A stretch of 15,697 bases of DNA, taken from the NCBI GenBank assembly GCA_043801585.1, contig JAZDLX010000154.1, forward strand, positions 1 through 15,697, in the 5' to 3' direction. The notes beneath the pieces were generated by a model. It saw only the letters and a list, made by a program, of their open reading frames with translations, did no database searches and was not told where the DNA came from. The stretch is from a bacterium. GTDB lineage: Bacteria; Electryoneota; Electryoneia; Electryoneales; Electryoneaceae. Positions 7,477 to 15,697 of the stretch are shown here, piece after piece (position 1 is the stretch's first letter; every line of letters begins with the position of its first letter). A program made the position numbers and the translations under genes.

Positions 7477-7833
7477 TTACGTTCGAATCCGCCGCGGTTT
7501 GATCAGGCTGTTGATAACCCCACTGACGATGGAGATGAAAATTGTTCCGATCAGCGCCGCCCAGAAACTGGTGACAAAAAAGCCGTCCACCAGATAGGCG
7601 ACCAGCGTGAGCAACAGGGCGTTGACCACCAGCAGAAACAGGCCGAATGTCAGAATCGTCAATGGCAACGTCAGAATCACCAGCAGCGGCCTCAGCACCG
7701 CGTTGACAAGGCCGAGCAGCAGAGCGGCGATGATTCCCGCCCCGATATCGGAGAGGACGATCCCGGGAATCACGTAGCTCGCCGCCAGCACTGCAAGGCT
7801 CGTTGCAAACCATCGCAGGACAAATGTTCGCAC
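7477..7833 (-). CDS. Phage-holin-like four-TM membrane protein (YvlD/DUF360 family)
   Basis: LLGLVNAVLRPLLVILTLPLTILTFGLFLLVVNA and GFFVTSFWAALIG are typical of this family. GTG start at 7833 with GGAGG 5 nt upstream; the ORF-track extension to 7956 is unlikely. Confidence 0.9.
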   Translation of the reverse strand: MRTFVLRWFATSLAVLAASYVIPGIVLSDIGAGIIAALLLGLVNAVLRPLLVILTLPLTILTFGLFLLVVNALLLTLVAYLVDGFFVTSFWAALIGTIFISIVSGVINSLIKPRRIRT

Positions 7834-8016
7834 AATCACCTCCAGCTTGGTGAGGGAAGGTAGCAATCCCACTCGATTCTCGAAACTCCTCTCCCAAATC
7901 CCTCTCGATGCCGCATGGAGACAAATGACGCCATTGGGCCGGCTTTCACCACCCACTACCTTTCGACTGAGACCTCATCATCGAACGTCTCACAACCCTT
8001 TAAGGGAGAGTGCCGA

Positions 8017-9015
8017 ATGACAACCCACGGTGACAAGGAGAAACGGCGGCTTGAACTGAGCCGCATGGCGGATGGTTTCAGGGCGTCGCACGCCCTGCTT
8101 ACTGCGGTTCACCTCGGTGTCTTCCGGATCCTTTCCGACAGCCCAGCGACAGCTTCCTCGATAGCGAAGGATCTCTCCCTCGCCCAGCGGGAACTGGACC
8201 TCCTGTTGAAAGCGCTGACCGGTCTCGACCTGCTCGCTCTCGACGAGGACGGGCGCTACCGGCTGCACGGTCTCAGCGACGAGTTTCTGCGCGACGGAGC
8301 GGATGGGTACATGGGCGACATCCTGCACCACAACTACCACTTGATGCGCCGCTGGGCGCGGATGGACGAGGTGATCAGCGACGGCAAACCCCTCCCCCGC
8401 AAAGACGGCCGCAGCCCCAGTGAACTGCGTGCCTTCATCCTTGGCATGCAGAACACTGCACGCCAGTCCGCCGTGGAGGTTGGAGACGCTCTCGATCTTC
8501 GCGGAGTTCGAAACATCCTCGACCTCGGGGGTGGTCCGGGCACCTACCTCTACACCCTCCTCGAGAAAATACCCGGGGCCGAAGGTGCGATCCTGGATTT
8601 TCCGGAGGTCATCGAAATCGCCCGGGAGGAGTGCCCTCGTGAACTGAAAGAAAGGGTGACGTTCCTCGAAGGCGACATCTTCGAGCGGGAATACAAAGGT
8701 CCGTGGGACCTGATTGTGATCTCCAACATCATCCACAGCAACACCCTGGATGGCATCCGCGCCATGATCGGTAAGTCTGCCGCCGCCCTCGCGCCGGGTG
8801 GAAGAATTATGGTCAAGGATTTCTTCCTCGACGTCAGCCGCACGGTCCCCGCCGAGGCCGCGCTGTTCAGCTTGAACATGATGATTTCCAACCCGGGCCG
8901 CGCTTACAGCGAAGATGAACTGCGCCATGTTCTGGAAGCTGCCGGACTTGACGTCGTGCAGAGATTAGGTGTGGGTTCGCACTCGGGTATTCTTGTCGCC
9001 TGTAAGGCAGGATGA
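8017..9015 (+). CDS. Class I SAM-dependent O-methyltransferase with N-terminal dimerisation/wHTH domain (ASMT/CrtF-like); substrate unknown
   Basis: LLTAVHLGVF..L (dimerisation domain), ILDLGGGPG (motif I), LDFPEVI, GDIF, SNIIH, LAPGGRI. ATG at 8017 preceded by AAGGGAGAG. Confidence 0.9.
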   Translation: MTTHGDKEKRRLELSRMADGFRASHALLTAVHLGVFRILSDSPATASSIAKDLSLAQRELDLLLKALTGLDLLALDEDGRYRLHGLSDEFLRDGADGYMGDILHHNYHLMRRWARMDEVISDGKPLPRKDGRSPSELRAFILGMQNTARQSAVEVGDALDLRGVRNILDLGGGPGTYLYTLLEKIPGAEGAILDFPEVIEIAREECPRELKERVTFLEGDIFEREYKGPWDLIVISNIIHSNTLDGIRAMIGKSAAALAPGGRIMVKDFFLDVSRTVPAEAALFSLNMMISNPGRAYSEDELRHVLEAAGLDVVQRLGVGSHSGILVACKAG

Positions 9016-9020
9016 GACGA

Positions 9021-9510
9021 TGGGCCCTTGTTTACTTGCAACCGAAGCGCAGCACAGCTCACGCATCGAAGGTGCGTAAACCGGGTTTACTCTGATTCTA
9101 CTTCTGGTGTGCAGTCCAGCTACCCCGATACTTCGGAATGCCTCACCCTTTGTCATTCCCGCGAAAGCGGGAATCCAGAAGGGTGGCCCGGCTGCTCCGC
9201 CCTTTGTCATTCCCGCGAAAGCGGGAATCCAGGAGGGTGGCCCGGCTGCTCCGTCAGCCGGGTTTCTAATATGCTTTTGTTTCCTGCATGCAATGGCTAG
9301 TCCAATAAAGCCATATGAAACCCGGGACTGAAGTCCCGGGCTACCCGTCCGAAATGCCCCACTCTTTGTCATTCCCGCGAAAGCGGGAATCCAGGAGGGT
9401 GGCCCGGCTGCTCCGTCAGCCGGGTTTCTATTATGCTTTTGTTTCCTGCATGCAATGGCTAGTCCAATAAAGCCATATGAAACCCGGGACTGAAGTCCCG
9501 GGCCACCCGT
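9021..9510. repeat. Tandem mosaic repeat array (BIME-like): three GTCATTCCCGCGAAAGCGGGAATCCAG units interleaved with inverted GTRG-REP doublets; 162-bp period
   Basis: GTCATTCCC units start at 9152, 9206 and 9368. The blocks 9206-9348 and 9368-9510 differ at only two positions seen. REP arms at 9235-9266/9317-9348 and 9397-9428/9479-9510. Confidence 0.92.
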
Positions 9511-9602
9511 CGTTTGGATGAGCTTGAGACTGTCAGGGAGTTCGCCGAGAATCCCAACGAGTGTTTGCTGAGATTCCTTTAACCAAATCACTCATCCAGG
9601 AC

Positions 9603-9700
9603 TAAAAAGGGGACACGTACCTTTTAATATTTAGCATAAACAGACTTGCTGGTCACCAACAGAAACTGGACGAAATTAAAAGGTACGTGTCCCCTTTTTA
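9603..9700. repeat. Perfect 26-bp inverted repeat with 46-bp spacer (MITE/REPIN-like); may also act as a terminator between convergent genes
   Basis: TAAAAAGGGGACACGTACCTTTTAAT (9603-9628) and its exact reverse complement (9675-9700). Each arm is itself an AAAAGG..CCTTTT hairpin. Confidence 0.85.
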
Positions 9701-9767
9701 ATTCTCTTCCAGGTTTCATCTCGTCGCAAACGCCACAAAACATCAATGCCCACAAGGATTTCAGCGT

Positions 9768-11987
9768 TTAGGAGGATGATCCCGCCAGTTCCAATTCCAC
9801 CCGCCCGAACTCCGGATCGGCGTCCCAGACACGCACCTTCAGCTGTGATCCCGCCCTGTACAGCAGCTCCCCGCCGATCTCGACAAACGCCTCCAGCGAA
9901 CGGTCAAAATAGACCTGTCCAAGGTCTTCCGCGAGGATCATTCCCTGTGCGCCGGTTCCCTCGATCTCAACGAACACACCTTTCGCAATCGCCTTGACGA
10001 TCAGCCCCTCGAACTCCTCGCCGATCAAGTTCTTGAAGAACTCCGCCTGACGGATCCGCAGCGATTGGCGCTCCATTTCCTGTGCGGCACGTTCCCGCTC
10101 GCTCGACAGCTCGCAGGTCCGTTGCAGGGTCTCAACCTTGGTTGTTTTGTACTTTGCGGTCTTTTCAAGGTCGTCGAGCAAAATGCGGTGAACAACCAGG
10201 TCAGGGTAGCGTCGGATCGGACTGGTGAAATGGGTGTAGTTGACAAACCCCAACCCGTAATGGCCGATGTTCTCGGTGTTGTACTCCGCTTTCGCCATCG
10301 CACGCAGCGTGTGAATTCGTATCACCTCCGCGAGGGGATGGTCCGTCAGCGACGCGAGCCAATGGTTGATCTGTTTCGACGTGATCGAATCGAGATTTTT
10401 TCCGAACGGCCACGGAACATCGAGCCCCTTCACGGTCGCCGACAGTTCCTGGAGCTTATCCGGATCGGGACGGTCATGGATGCGGTAGACAAAGGCGTGC
10501 GCTCCGGCGCCCCGTTCCCGTGTCGCGTACTCGGTCACGGAACGGTTCGCGGCGAGCATGCACTCCTCGACGAGGTGGTTGGATTCGTACAACGGGCGGC
10601 GTTCGATCGCCACCGGGCGGTCATCCTCGTCGACGATGACTTCATATTCAGGTACTTCAAGGTTCAGTCCACCCTCACGAAACCGTTTCGCTCGCATCTC
10701 GCTCGCCAGCGCCGCAAGGTGATGCACCAGCGCGGCGAGGCTGTTCGATCGGAGAGGCGGCAGTGTGCTTCCCCACTTCTTCCGCCCCTGCTCGATCAGC
10801 TCCTGCACCTGGGCGTAAGTGAAACGTTTGCTGCTGCGGATCACACTGCGCACAGGGCGGGATGAAAGCACTTCGCCCTTCGAGGTCATCGTCATGAATA
10901 CGCTGACCGTACGCCGTTCCTCCTCCTCTTTCAGGCTGCACAGGTTCGAGGAGAGGCGTTCGGGGAGCATCGGCAGCGTGCCGTGGGCAGTGTAGACGCT
11001 CGTCCCGCGTTGCCGTGCCTCTTTGTCGAGGGGTCCTCCAGGCCGCACATACCAGGAAACATCCGCGATGTGCACCCCCAGCTCGCAGGTGCCATCGCGA
11101 TGACGGGTGAGACTGATGGCGTCGTCAAAATCGTGCGCCGACTCGGGGTCGATGGTCACCGTCAGCAGGTCACGGAGATCCTCGCGAATCCTGCCGATCT
11201 CGGTTTCGGGAATCGCACCGTCCGCGGCTTCCGCCTCATCAAGTGCCGCGTGGGCAAATTGTTCACGAAATTTAAACTGGGCGATCAACGCGGCAAAGCG
11301 TGCCTTGGGGTCCTCCGCCGGACCGAAGACACAGACGATCCTTCCCCGGGGACGGCGACTGTCGTCCATCCGTTCGACCTGAACACGGTCCCCGTCTTTC
11401 GCGCCACGTTTTTGATTTTCTGGTACTTCAAGCGGACCCTGAACCCTCGGATTGTCCGGGTAGACGAGCCCTCCACGTCCTGGCACCGCGACAAAACGAC
11501 CCGTCACCGGAACGTCATTTCGCTCGAGAACACGGACCACCCGCCCCTGCGGCCCGCCGAAACGCCCCGCTCCCGTCAACGCGATCTCCACCTGGTCGCC
11601 GTGATGCGCACCCAACAATTTTGAGGCAGGGACGTATACGTCTTCCTCGCCTCGCCCACGACGGACAAACCCAAATCCTTTTTCCGCCAGTTCGAGGGTT
11701 CCCTGCACGAGACGATCGTCATCCCGTACCAGCGCCAGTTTCTTTCCCTTGATCCGTTGCAATCTCCCGTTCTTCAGCAGCGAGATCACCGCCTGTTGAA
11801 TCACTTTCTGTTTGGATTGCGGCCACTGGAGCTGTTTCTGCAGGTCGCGGCTGCTGATCGCCGCCCGGGGATGAGCGTTGAACCAGCCGAGCACCGATTC
11901 CGAAGCGGCTTTTTGAAGATCAGACGATGGCCCTGGCGCTGAACGGTCTCGCTTTCGAGGTTTGGAAGGTCCGCGTTTGCGGGGCAT
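9768..11987 (-). CDS. rnr: Ribonuclease R (RNB family 3'-5' exoribonuclease)
   Basis: KGFGFV cold-shock domain, TIDPESAHDFDDA catalytic motif, HIADVS, PMLPERLS, LVEECMLAAN, YRIH, HYGLG..YTHFTSPIRRYPDLVVHR, C-terminal S1 domain. ATG at 11987 has AGGA upstream. Confidence 0.95.
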   Translation of the reverse strand: MPRKRGPSKPRKRDRSAPGPSSDLQKAASESVLGWFNAHPRAAISSRDLQKQLQWPQSKQKVIQQAVISLLKNGRLQRIKGKKLALVRDDDRLVQGTLELAEKGFGFVRRGRGEEDVYVPASKLLGAHHGDQVEIALTGAGRFGGPQGRVVRVLERNDVPVTGRFVAVPGRGGLVYPDNPRVQGPLEVPENQKRGAKDGDRVQVERMDDSRRPRGRIVCVFGPAEDPKARFAALIAQFKFREQFAHAALDEAEAADGAIPETEIGRIREDLRDLLTVTIDPESAHDFDDAISLTRHRDGTCELGVHIADVSWYVRPGGPLDKEARQRGTSVYTAHGTLPMLPERLSSNLCSLKEEEERRTVSVFMTMTSKGEVLSSRPVRSVIRSSKRFTYAQVQELIEQGRKKWGSTLPPLRSNSLAALVHHLAALASEMRAKRFREGGLNLEVPEYEVIVDEDDRPVAIERRPLYESNHLVEECMLAANRSVTEYATRERGAGAHAFVYRIHDRPDPDKLQELSATVKGLDVPWPFGKNLDSITSKQINHWLASLTDHPLAEVIRIHTLRAMAKAEYNTENIGHYGLGFVNYTHFTSPIRRYPDLVVHRILLDDLEKTAKYKTTKVETLQRTCELSSERERAAQEMERQSLRIRQAEFFKNLIGEEFEGLIVKAIAKGVFVEIEGTGAQGMILAEDLGQVYFDRSLEAFVEIGGELLYRAGSQLKVRVWDADPEFGRVELELAGSSS

Positions 11988-12099
11988 GGGAGTCCTGTCA
12001 ATTTTGTACAAACCGTTCAAAATAAAACGACCAGCGGATAACCGAGGCCGTTGTAATCACTGGTGTTACGGAACGCATCAAAACGACGTAAAACGAAGC

Positions 12100-12780
12100 C
12101 TATCGCGATGAGACGTCCGGTTTAACCCAGATAAGACGGGCGATCTCACGGTCCAGGGGAATTTCCCTGTCTTCCACGGAGAGGATTACTTCGCCGTTTT
12201 CCCGGTTCTTCAGACGTGTTACCACAGTTCCGGGAAACGCTCCAATTTCGCCGAGGTTGGTCAACAACCGCCTGTTTCGGCTATCGACGCGGCCGAGTTC
12301 CGCCCTCACCCCTTCTTCCAGGCGAGTCAGGGGGATCATGTCATGTTCCGGCAGATCGCCGTCGCTGTTCGGAATCGGATCACCGTGTGGATCGAATTGC
12401 GGACAACCGAGTACATTGTCGATCCGCTCAAGGAGTTTGTCGGAGACCGCATGTTCCAACACCTGAACCTCTTCGTGAACGTCATCCCAGGTGAATCCGA
12501 GGGTGCGCACGAGGAAGGTTTCCAGGAGACGATGGCGGCGGATCAGGCGAACGGCGACACTTCTGCCCTCGGCGGTCAATTCCGGCGGGCGGTAACGACG
12601 GTAGGAAACCCAACCCCGCTGGTGCAGACGCCGGAGCATGCCCGTCACCGACGGAGCCTTGACGCCGAACATTTTCGCAAGTTGACTCGACCCGACACGT
12701 TCTCCACTGCTCTCGAGCCGGTACAGTGTGAGCAAGTACTCTTCCGCGGAAGGGGACACCTTCATCCGCTTGCCAGCCAT
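12100..12780 (-). CDS. DtxR/MntR-family metal-dependent transcriptional repressor with C-terminal FeoA-like domain
   Basis: EEYLLTLY, GVKAPSVTGMLRRL (HTH), IRRHRLLETFL, VHEEVQVLEHAVS, FDPHGDPIP. ATG at 12780 with GGAG upstream; the ORF-track extension to 13026 overlaps lptF and is unlikely. Confidence 0.95.
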   Translation of the reverse strand: MAGKRMKVSPSAEEYLLTLYRLESSGERVGSSQLAKMFGVKAPSVTGMLRRLHQRGWVSYRRYRPPELTAEGRSVAVRLIRRHRLLETFLVRTLGFTWDDVHEEVQVLEHAVSDKLLERIDNVLGCPQFDPHGDPIPNSDGDLPEHDMIPLTRLEEGVRAELGRVDSRNRRLLTNLGEIGAFPGTVVTRLKNRENGEVILSVEDREIPLDREIARLIWVKPDVSSR

Positions 12781-12791
12781 GCACTCTCCAG

Positions 12792-12837
12792 AAGTTAGCC
12801 GATGCGAAAAGCTATTCGGGTTCGGTCGTTGCGTCAA
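12792..12837 (-). promoter_or_regulatory. Sigma70-type promoter of the DtxR-family gene with an adjacent candidate operator
   Basis: Minus strand TTGACG (12837-12832)-N17-TAGCTT (12814-12809), directly followed by the imperfect palindrome TTCG-CATCGG-CTAA (12808-12795). Confidence 0.6.
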
Positions 12838-12983
12838 GCAGGGTTTTACCGAGAAACCACCCCGAGGAGACGCCCGATGACGGAACCTGCGGTCTTCTCG
12901 AAGGTTATATTGAACGGCTGATGGGCCGTCAACACGCGGTCCCACGTGTTGGGACCCGGGACGACAGGAGGAGCTGGATCGGG

Positions 12984-14291
12984 TTGAAGATTCTCGAACG
13001 CTACATCGTCCGCGAACACATCGCACCTTTTCTGATCAGCATTTCGCTGATCATGCTGCTGTTCACACTGAATCTGGCGTTCAGGATGCTCTCACGGATC
13101 GTCGGCCAGGGTCTCAGCGCCAGTGTTATTTTCGAATTCTTTTTCCTGAACCTCGCATGGATCATCACTCTCGCCATTCCGATGTCCGTTCTCGTTGCCT
13201 CGCTGATGGCCTTCGGACGGCTCGCTGGCGACCGGGAAATTGTCGCCTTGAAATCAACAGGACTTGGCATCGTCTGGATGATCCGGCCTGTGCTGCTGGC
13301 GGCGCTGCTCGTCTCGGCGTTCTCCCTTTATTTCCAGGATCAGGTGTTGCCGGACATGAACCTCCGCAACAAACTGCTGACCCGTTCGATCCGTCAGAAA
13401 AAACCCAATGTCGCCCTGCGGGAAGGGACGTTCACGCGGGATATTCCGAACCAGACGCTACTCGTTCAGCATATCGACCCGGTAACGGAGTGGCTTCACA
13501 ACCTGACCATCTTTGACGAATCGAACCCCAGCAATCTTTCCACGGTCAAAGCGGACAGCGGGCGGCTGGCCTATATCGATACGCTCGGGATGTACCAGTT
13601 CCGTCTTTACCGGGGCGAAATTCACCAGATGAAGCGTGAAGATCCAGAGACTTATGAAATCCTCCGTTACGACCGCGCGCTGTTCCGCGTCGACAGCCCG
13701 GAGCAGATCCTGCAACGGCATGAACGCGGATATCGAAGCGACCGGGAACTTGGTCTCGCCGATCTTCAGAATCGGATCAAAGAGCTCAAGGGGTTGAAAA
13801 GACCTGAGCGTTTTCAGAAACAGATCAACCGGTACAGGGTCGAGTACCACAAGAAATTCGCCATCAGCGCGGCGGCCATCGTTTTCGTGCTCGTCGGTGC
13901 ACCTCTCGGCATCAAATTGACTCACGGCGGCCTGGGAGTTTCGGGGCCTCTCGCCGTCCTCTTCTTTCTGGTCTACTGGACGTTTCTGATCGGGGGCGAG
14001 GACGTTGCGGACCGTGGCCTGATTCACCCCGCCCTCGCCATGTGGCTGCCGAACATCATCCTGGGAATCATGGGCGTGCTGCTGATTCGCGGAGAGATGC
14101 GCCAGCATACAACCATCCGTCTCCCCTGGCAGCGACGTGGAAACGAGGCGGATACCCTTGGCGGATGGAGCAGATTGACCGAAGAGCAGATCCGCCATTT
14201 CGCAGATTCCGCGACATATCCTTCGAACGCAACCGGACAGGTGGAAGAATCTCCGCAACGTGACGTGGGGGACGGCCATGCAGCTCCTTGA
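12984..14291 (+). CDS. lptF: LPS export ABC transporter permease, LptF/LptG family (LptF position)
   Basis: MKILERYIVREHIAPF, AIPMSVLVASLMAFGRLAGDREIVALKSTG, EYHKKFAIS, GAPLG, AMWLPNII. TTG start preceded by AGGAGGAG. Confidence 0.9.
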   Translation: MKILERYIVREHIAPFLISISLIMLLFTLNLAFRMLSRIVGQGLSASVIFEFFFLNLAWIITLAIPMSVLVASLMAFGRLAGDREIVALKSTGLGIVWMIRPVLLAALLVSAFSLYFQDQVLPDMNLRNKLLTRSIRQKKPNVALREGTFTRDIPNQTLLVQHIDPVTEWLHNLTIFDESNPSNLSTVKADSGRLAYIDTLGMYQFRLYRGEIHQMKREDPETYEILRYDRALFRVDSPEQILQRHERGYRSDRELGLADLQNRIKELKGLKRPERFQKQINRYRVEYHKKFAISAAAIVFVLVGAPLGIKLTHGGLGVSGPLAVLFFLVYWTFLIGGEDVADRGLIHPALAMWLPNIILGIMGVLLIRGEMRQHTTIRLPWQRRGNEADTLGGWSRLTEEQIRHFADSATYPSNATGQVEESPQRDVGDGHAAP

Positions 14292-15354
14292 CCGCTACGT
14301 CACCAAACGCTTTTTCACCTTCCTGCTGATGTCTGTCCTCGCCTCAATGACCATCTTTCTCGTCGTCGACCCCATCGATAACCTTGACAAGTTCCTCGAC
14401 AAACAGGTTCCGACAGCGGAGATCATCCGTTATTACGTTCTCTACATCCCGTATATCATCTACCTCGTCTATCCGGTGGCCGTGTTGCTCGCGACGATGT
14501 TCTGCATCGGCGGACTCACCAGTTCCAACGAGCTGGTCGCAATGACCGCTTCCGGCGTTCCCCTCTGGCGGCACCTGTTCACCCTCTCGACCATCGGCCT
14601 GCTGCTCTCCCTGATGATGTTCTGGTGGGGGGAAACTATCGTTCCCGAGACGAACCGCGAGCGTCTCGCCATCTGGCGGCAGCAGGTGCGGAATCGAGAG
14701 GATTGGCGGCTTACCGATCAGGGACAGGTTTACCTGCAACCCGGCCCCGGGCGTGTGCTCCATCTGGATGTTTACCGACCCACCGAGGAGACCGGCTACG
14801 GCGTGGACCTCTACACTCTCGAAGGCGACCACATCGCCCGGCGAACGTCTGCGGCGACAATGACTCACGACTCCCTCGGCTGGGTGCTCCACCGGGTCAT
14901 CAATCGAACCTTCAGCCAGCACGACCGCGAGAAGGTTTCGCGGGTTGATTCGATGCGGGTACAACTCTTCATCGAACCCATTGACATGCTCGAACTGAAA
15001 GTGGAACCCGAAGAGATGTCGATGGAGGAGTTGAAACGGTTCGCCGACCGGATCGAACGGAATGGAGGAAAATCGGATCGCTGGCGTGTGGACATCATGG
15101 GCAAGATCGCCAACCCCTTCGCCGGATTCATCATCATCCTCTTTGGCGTTCCCGTTTCCGCCGTGCGCCGTCGCAGCGGAGTGATTTTCGGAGTCACTCT
15201 CTCGCTTCTCATCACCTTCGTCTACTTCGGCCTGACACAGGTGGGCAAGGTTCTCGGGTACAAGGATGTCCTCGGCCCCTTCCTCGCCGCATGGCTCGGA
15301 AACATTGTCTTTCTGGTCATCGGAATCGTTCTCTACCGCCGCGCTCCACGCTGA
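14278..15354 (+). CDS. lptG: LPS export ABC transporter permease, LptF/LptG family (LptG position)
   Basis: MQLLDRYV, PVAVLLATMF..GLTSSNELVAMTASG, PEEMSMEEL, KIANPF, AAWLGNIVF. Second paralogue in tandem, overlapping the lptF stop. Confidence 0.9.
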   Translation: MQLLDRYVTKRFFTFLLMSVLASMTIFLVVDPIDNLDKFLDKQVPTAEIIRYYVLYIPYIIYLVYPVAVLLATMFCIGGLTSSNELVAMTASGVPLWRHLFTLSTIGLLLSLMMFWWGETIVPETNRERLAIWRQQVRNREDWRLTDQGQVYLQPGPGRVLHLDVYRPTEETGYGVDLYTLEGDHIARRTSAATMTHDSLGWVLHRVINRTFSQHDREKVSRVDSMRVQLFIEPIDMLELKVEPEEMSMEELKRFADRIERNGGKSDRWRVDIMGKIANPFAGFIIILFGVPVSAVRRRSGVIFGVTLSLLITFVYFGLTQVGKVLGYKDVLGPFLAAWLGNIVFLVIGIVLYRRAPR

Positions 15355-15436
15355 TCGCCATCGAAAGATTTCGTTTCTGCGATGATCGAAGTGCCCGATT
15401 CCACTGTGGGACTGACTTCGGTGACAAATACGGACA

Positions 15437-15697
15437 GGACGGCCCAGATTTCAATGAAGCCGGAGTCTCCCTCCCGGCAACCACGGGTGGCCCGGGTGGC
15501 TTGTCCACCCGGGTTTCACGGGGCATTGGAACCCACCCGTTGTGGCAGGTCCTTAGCGATGTATGGCCCGATGGGTGGCCCGGTCAGCTCGTTTGCTCAC
15601 CGCAGCATGTCCTTTCAAGCAAAGGCGAACTGGCCGGGTCTCTCCAATGGTTTTGCATGCACTTTCTCTCGATCGCTCCCTCCAAACCCCTCTCCCC
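15437..15697. repeat. Cluster of GTRG-type REP-like hairpins downstream of lptG
   Basis: GGGTGG-CCCGGGTGG-CTTGT-CCACCCGGG-TTTC (15485-15517) and GGGTGG-CCCGGTCAGCTCG..CGAACTGGCCGGG-TCTC (15573-15642). Degenerate unit at ~15437-15469 and a C-rich repeat-like stub at 15678-15697. Confidence 0.75.

Noticed and set aside
7477..7833. Prophage inferred from the holin-like gene
   Set aside because: YvlD-family genes are common in chromosomes, and there is no endolysin, integrase or structural gene nearby.
9152..9510. CRISPR array
   Set aside because: The sequences between repeats are duplicated rather than unique, spacing is irregular (54, 162), and there are no cas genes in the window.
8965..9591. 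208-aa minus-strand ORF with repeated WIPAFAGMT peptides
   Set aside because: It is the translation of the palindromic repeat array (periods 54 and 162 are multiples of 3), has no ATG start or clear RBS, and overlaps the methyltransferase end.
12048..12072. Imperfect hairpin GTAATCAC-TG-GTGTTAC between the DtxR gene and rnr
   Set aside because: Weak stem without a convincing U-tract; cannot be called a terminator or att site.
4533..14964. Other long ORFs overlapping assigned genes (e.g. 4622-5329, 5022-5843, 6386-7363, 7990-8928, 10065-10865, 13458-14279, 14344-14964)
   Set aside because: Antisense or alternative-frame shadows expected in GC-rich coding DNA; no domain motifs.

Overview
A GC-rich (~60%) bacterial core-genome window. 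The AlaRS motif SGKHNDLEEVG hints at an FCB-group lineage; this is inference only. Minus strand: phage-holin-like YvlD gene, cinA-thpR-recA-recX, two uncharacterised membrane-protein genes, and the 5' 586 codons of alaS (runs off the left edge, so it is missing from the ORF track). Then a plus-strand SAM O-methyltransferase, minus-strand rnr and a DtxR/MntR regulator, and plus-strand lptF-lptG. Two things stand out. (1) alaS carries a ~90-aa, in-frame, AT-rich (~40% GC) insert with foreign codon usage. It is not intein-like and sits just before the LYDTFGFP tRNA-recognition motif. (2) Four intergenic gaps (1761-2500, 5201-5477, 9016-9767, 15355-end) hold at least three families of REP-like palindromes, arranged as inverted doublets and a 162-bp tandem mosaic, with covarying stems and exchangeable inner hairpins. 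No transposase is present in the window.
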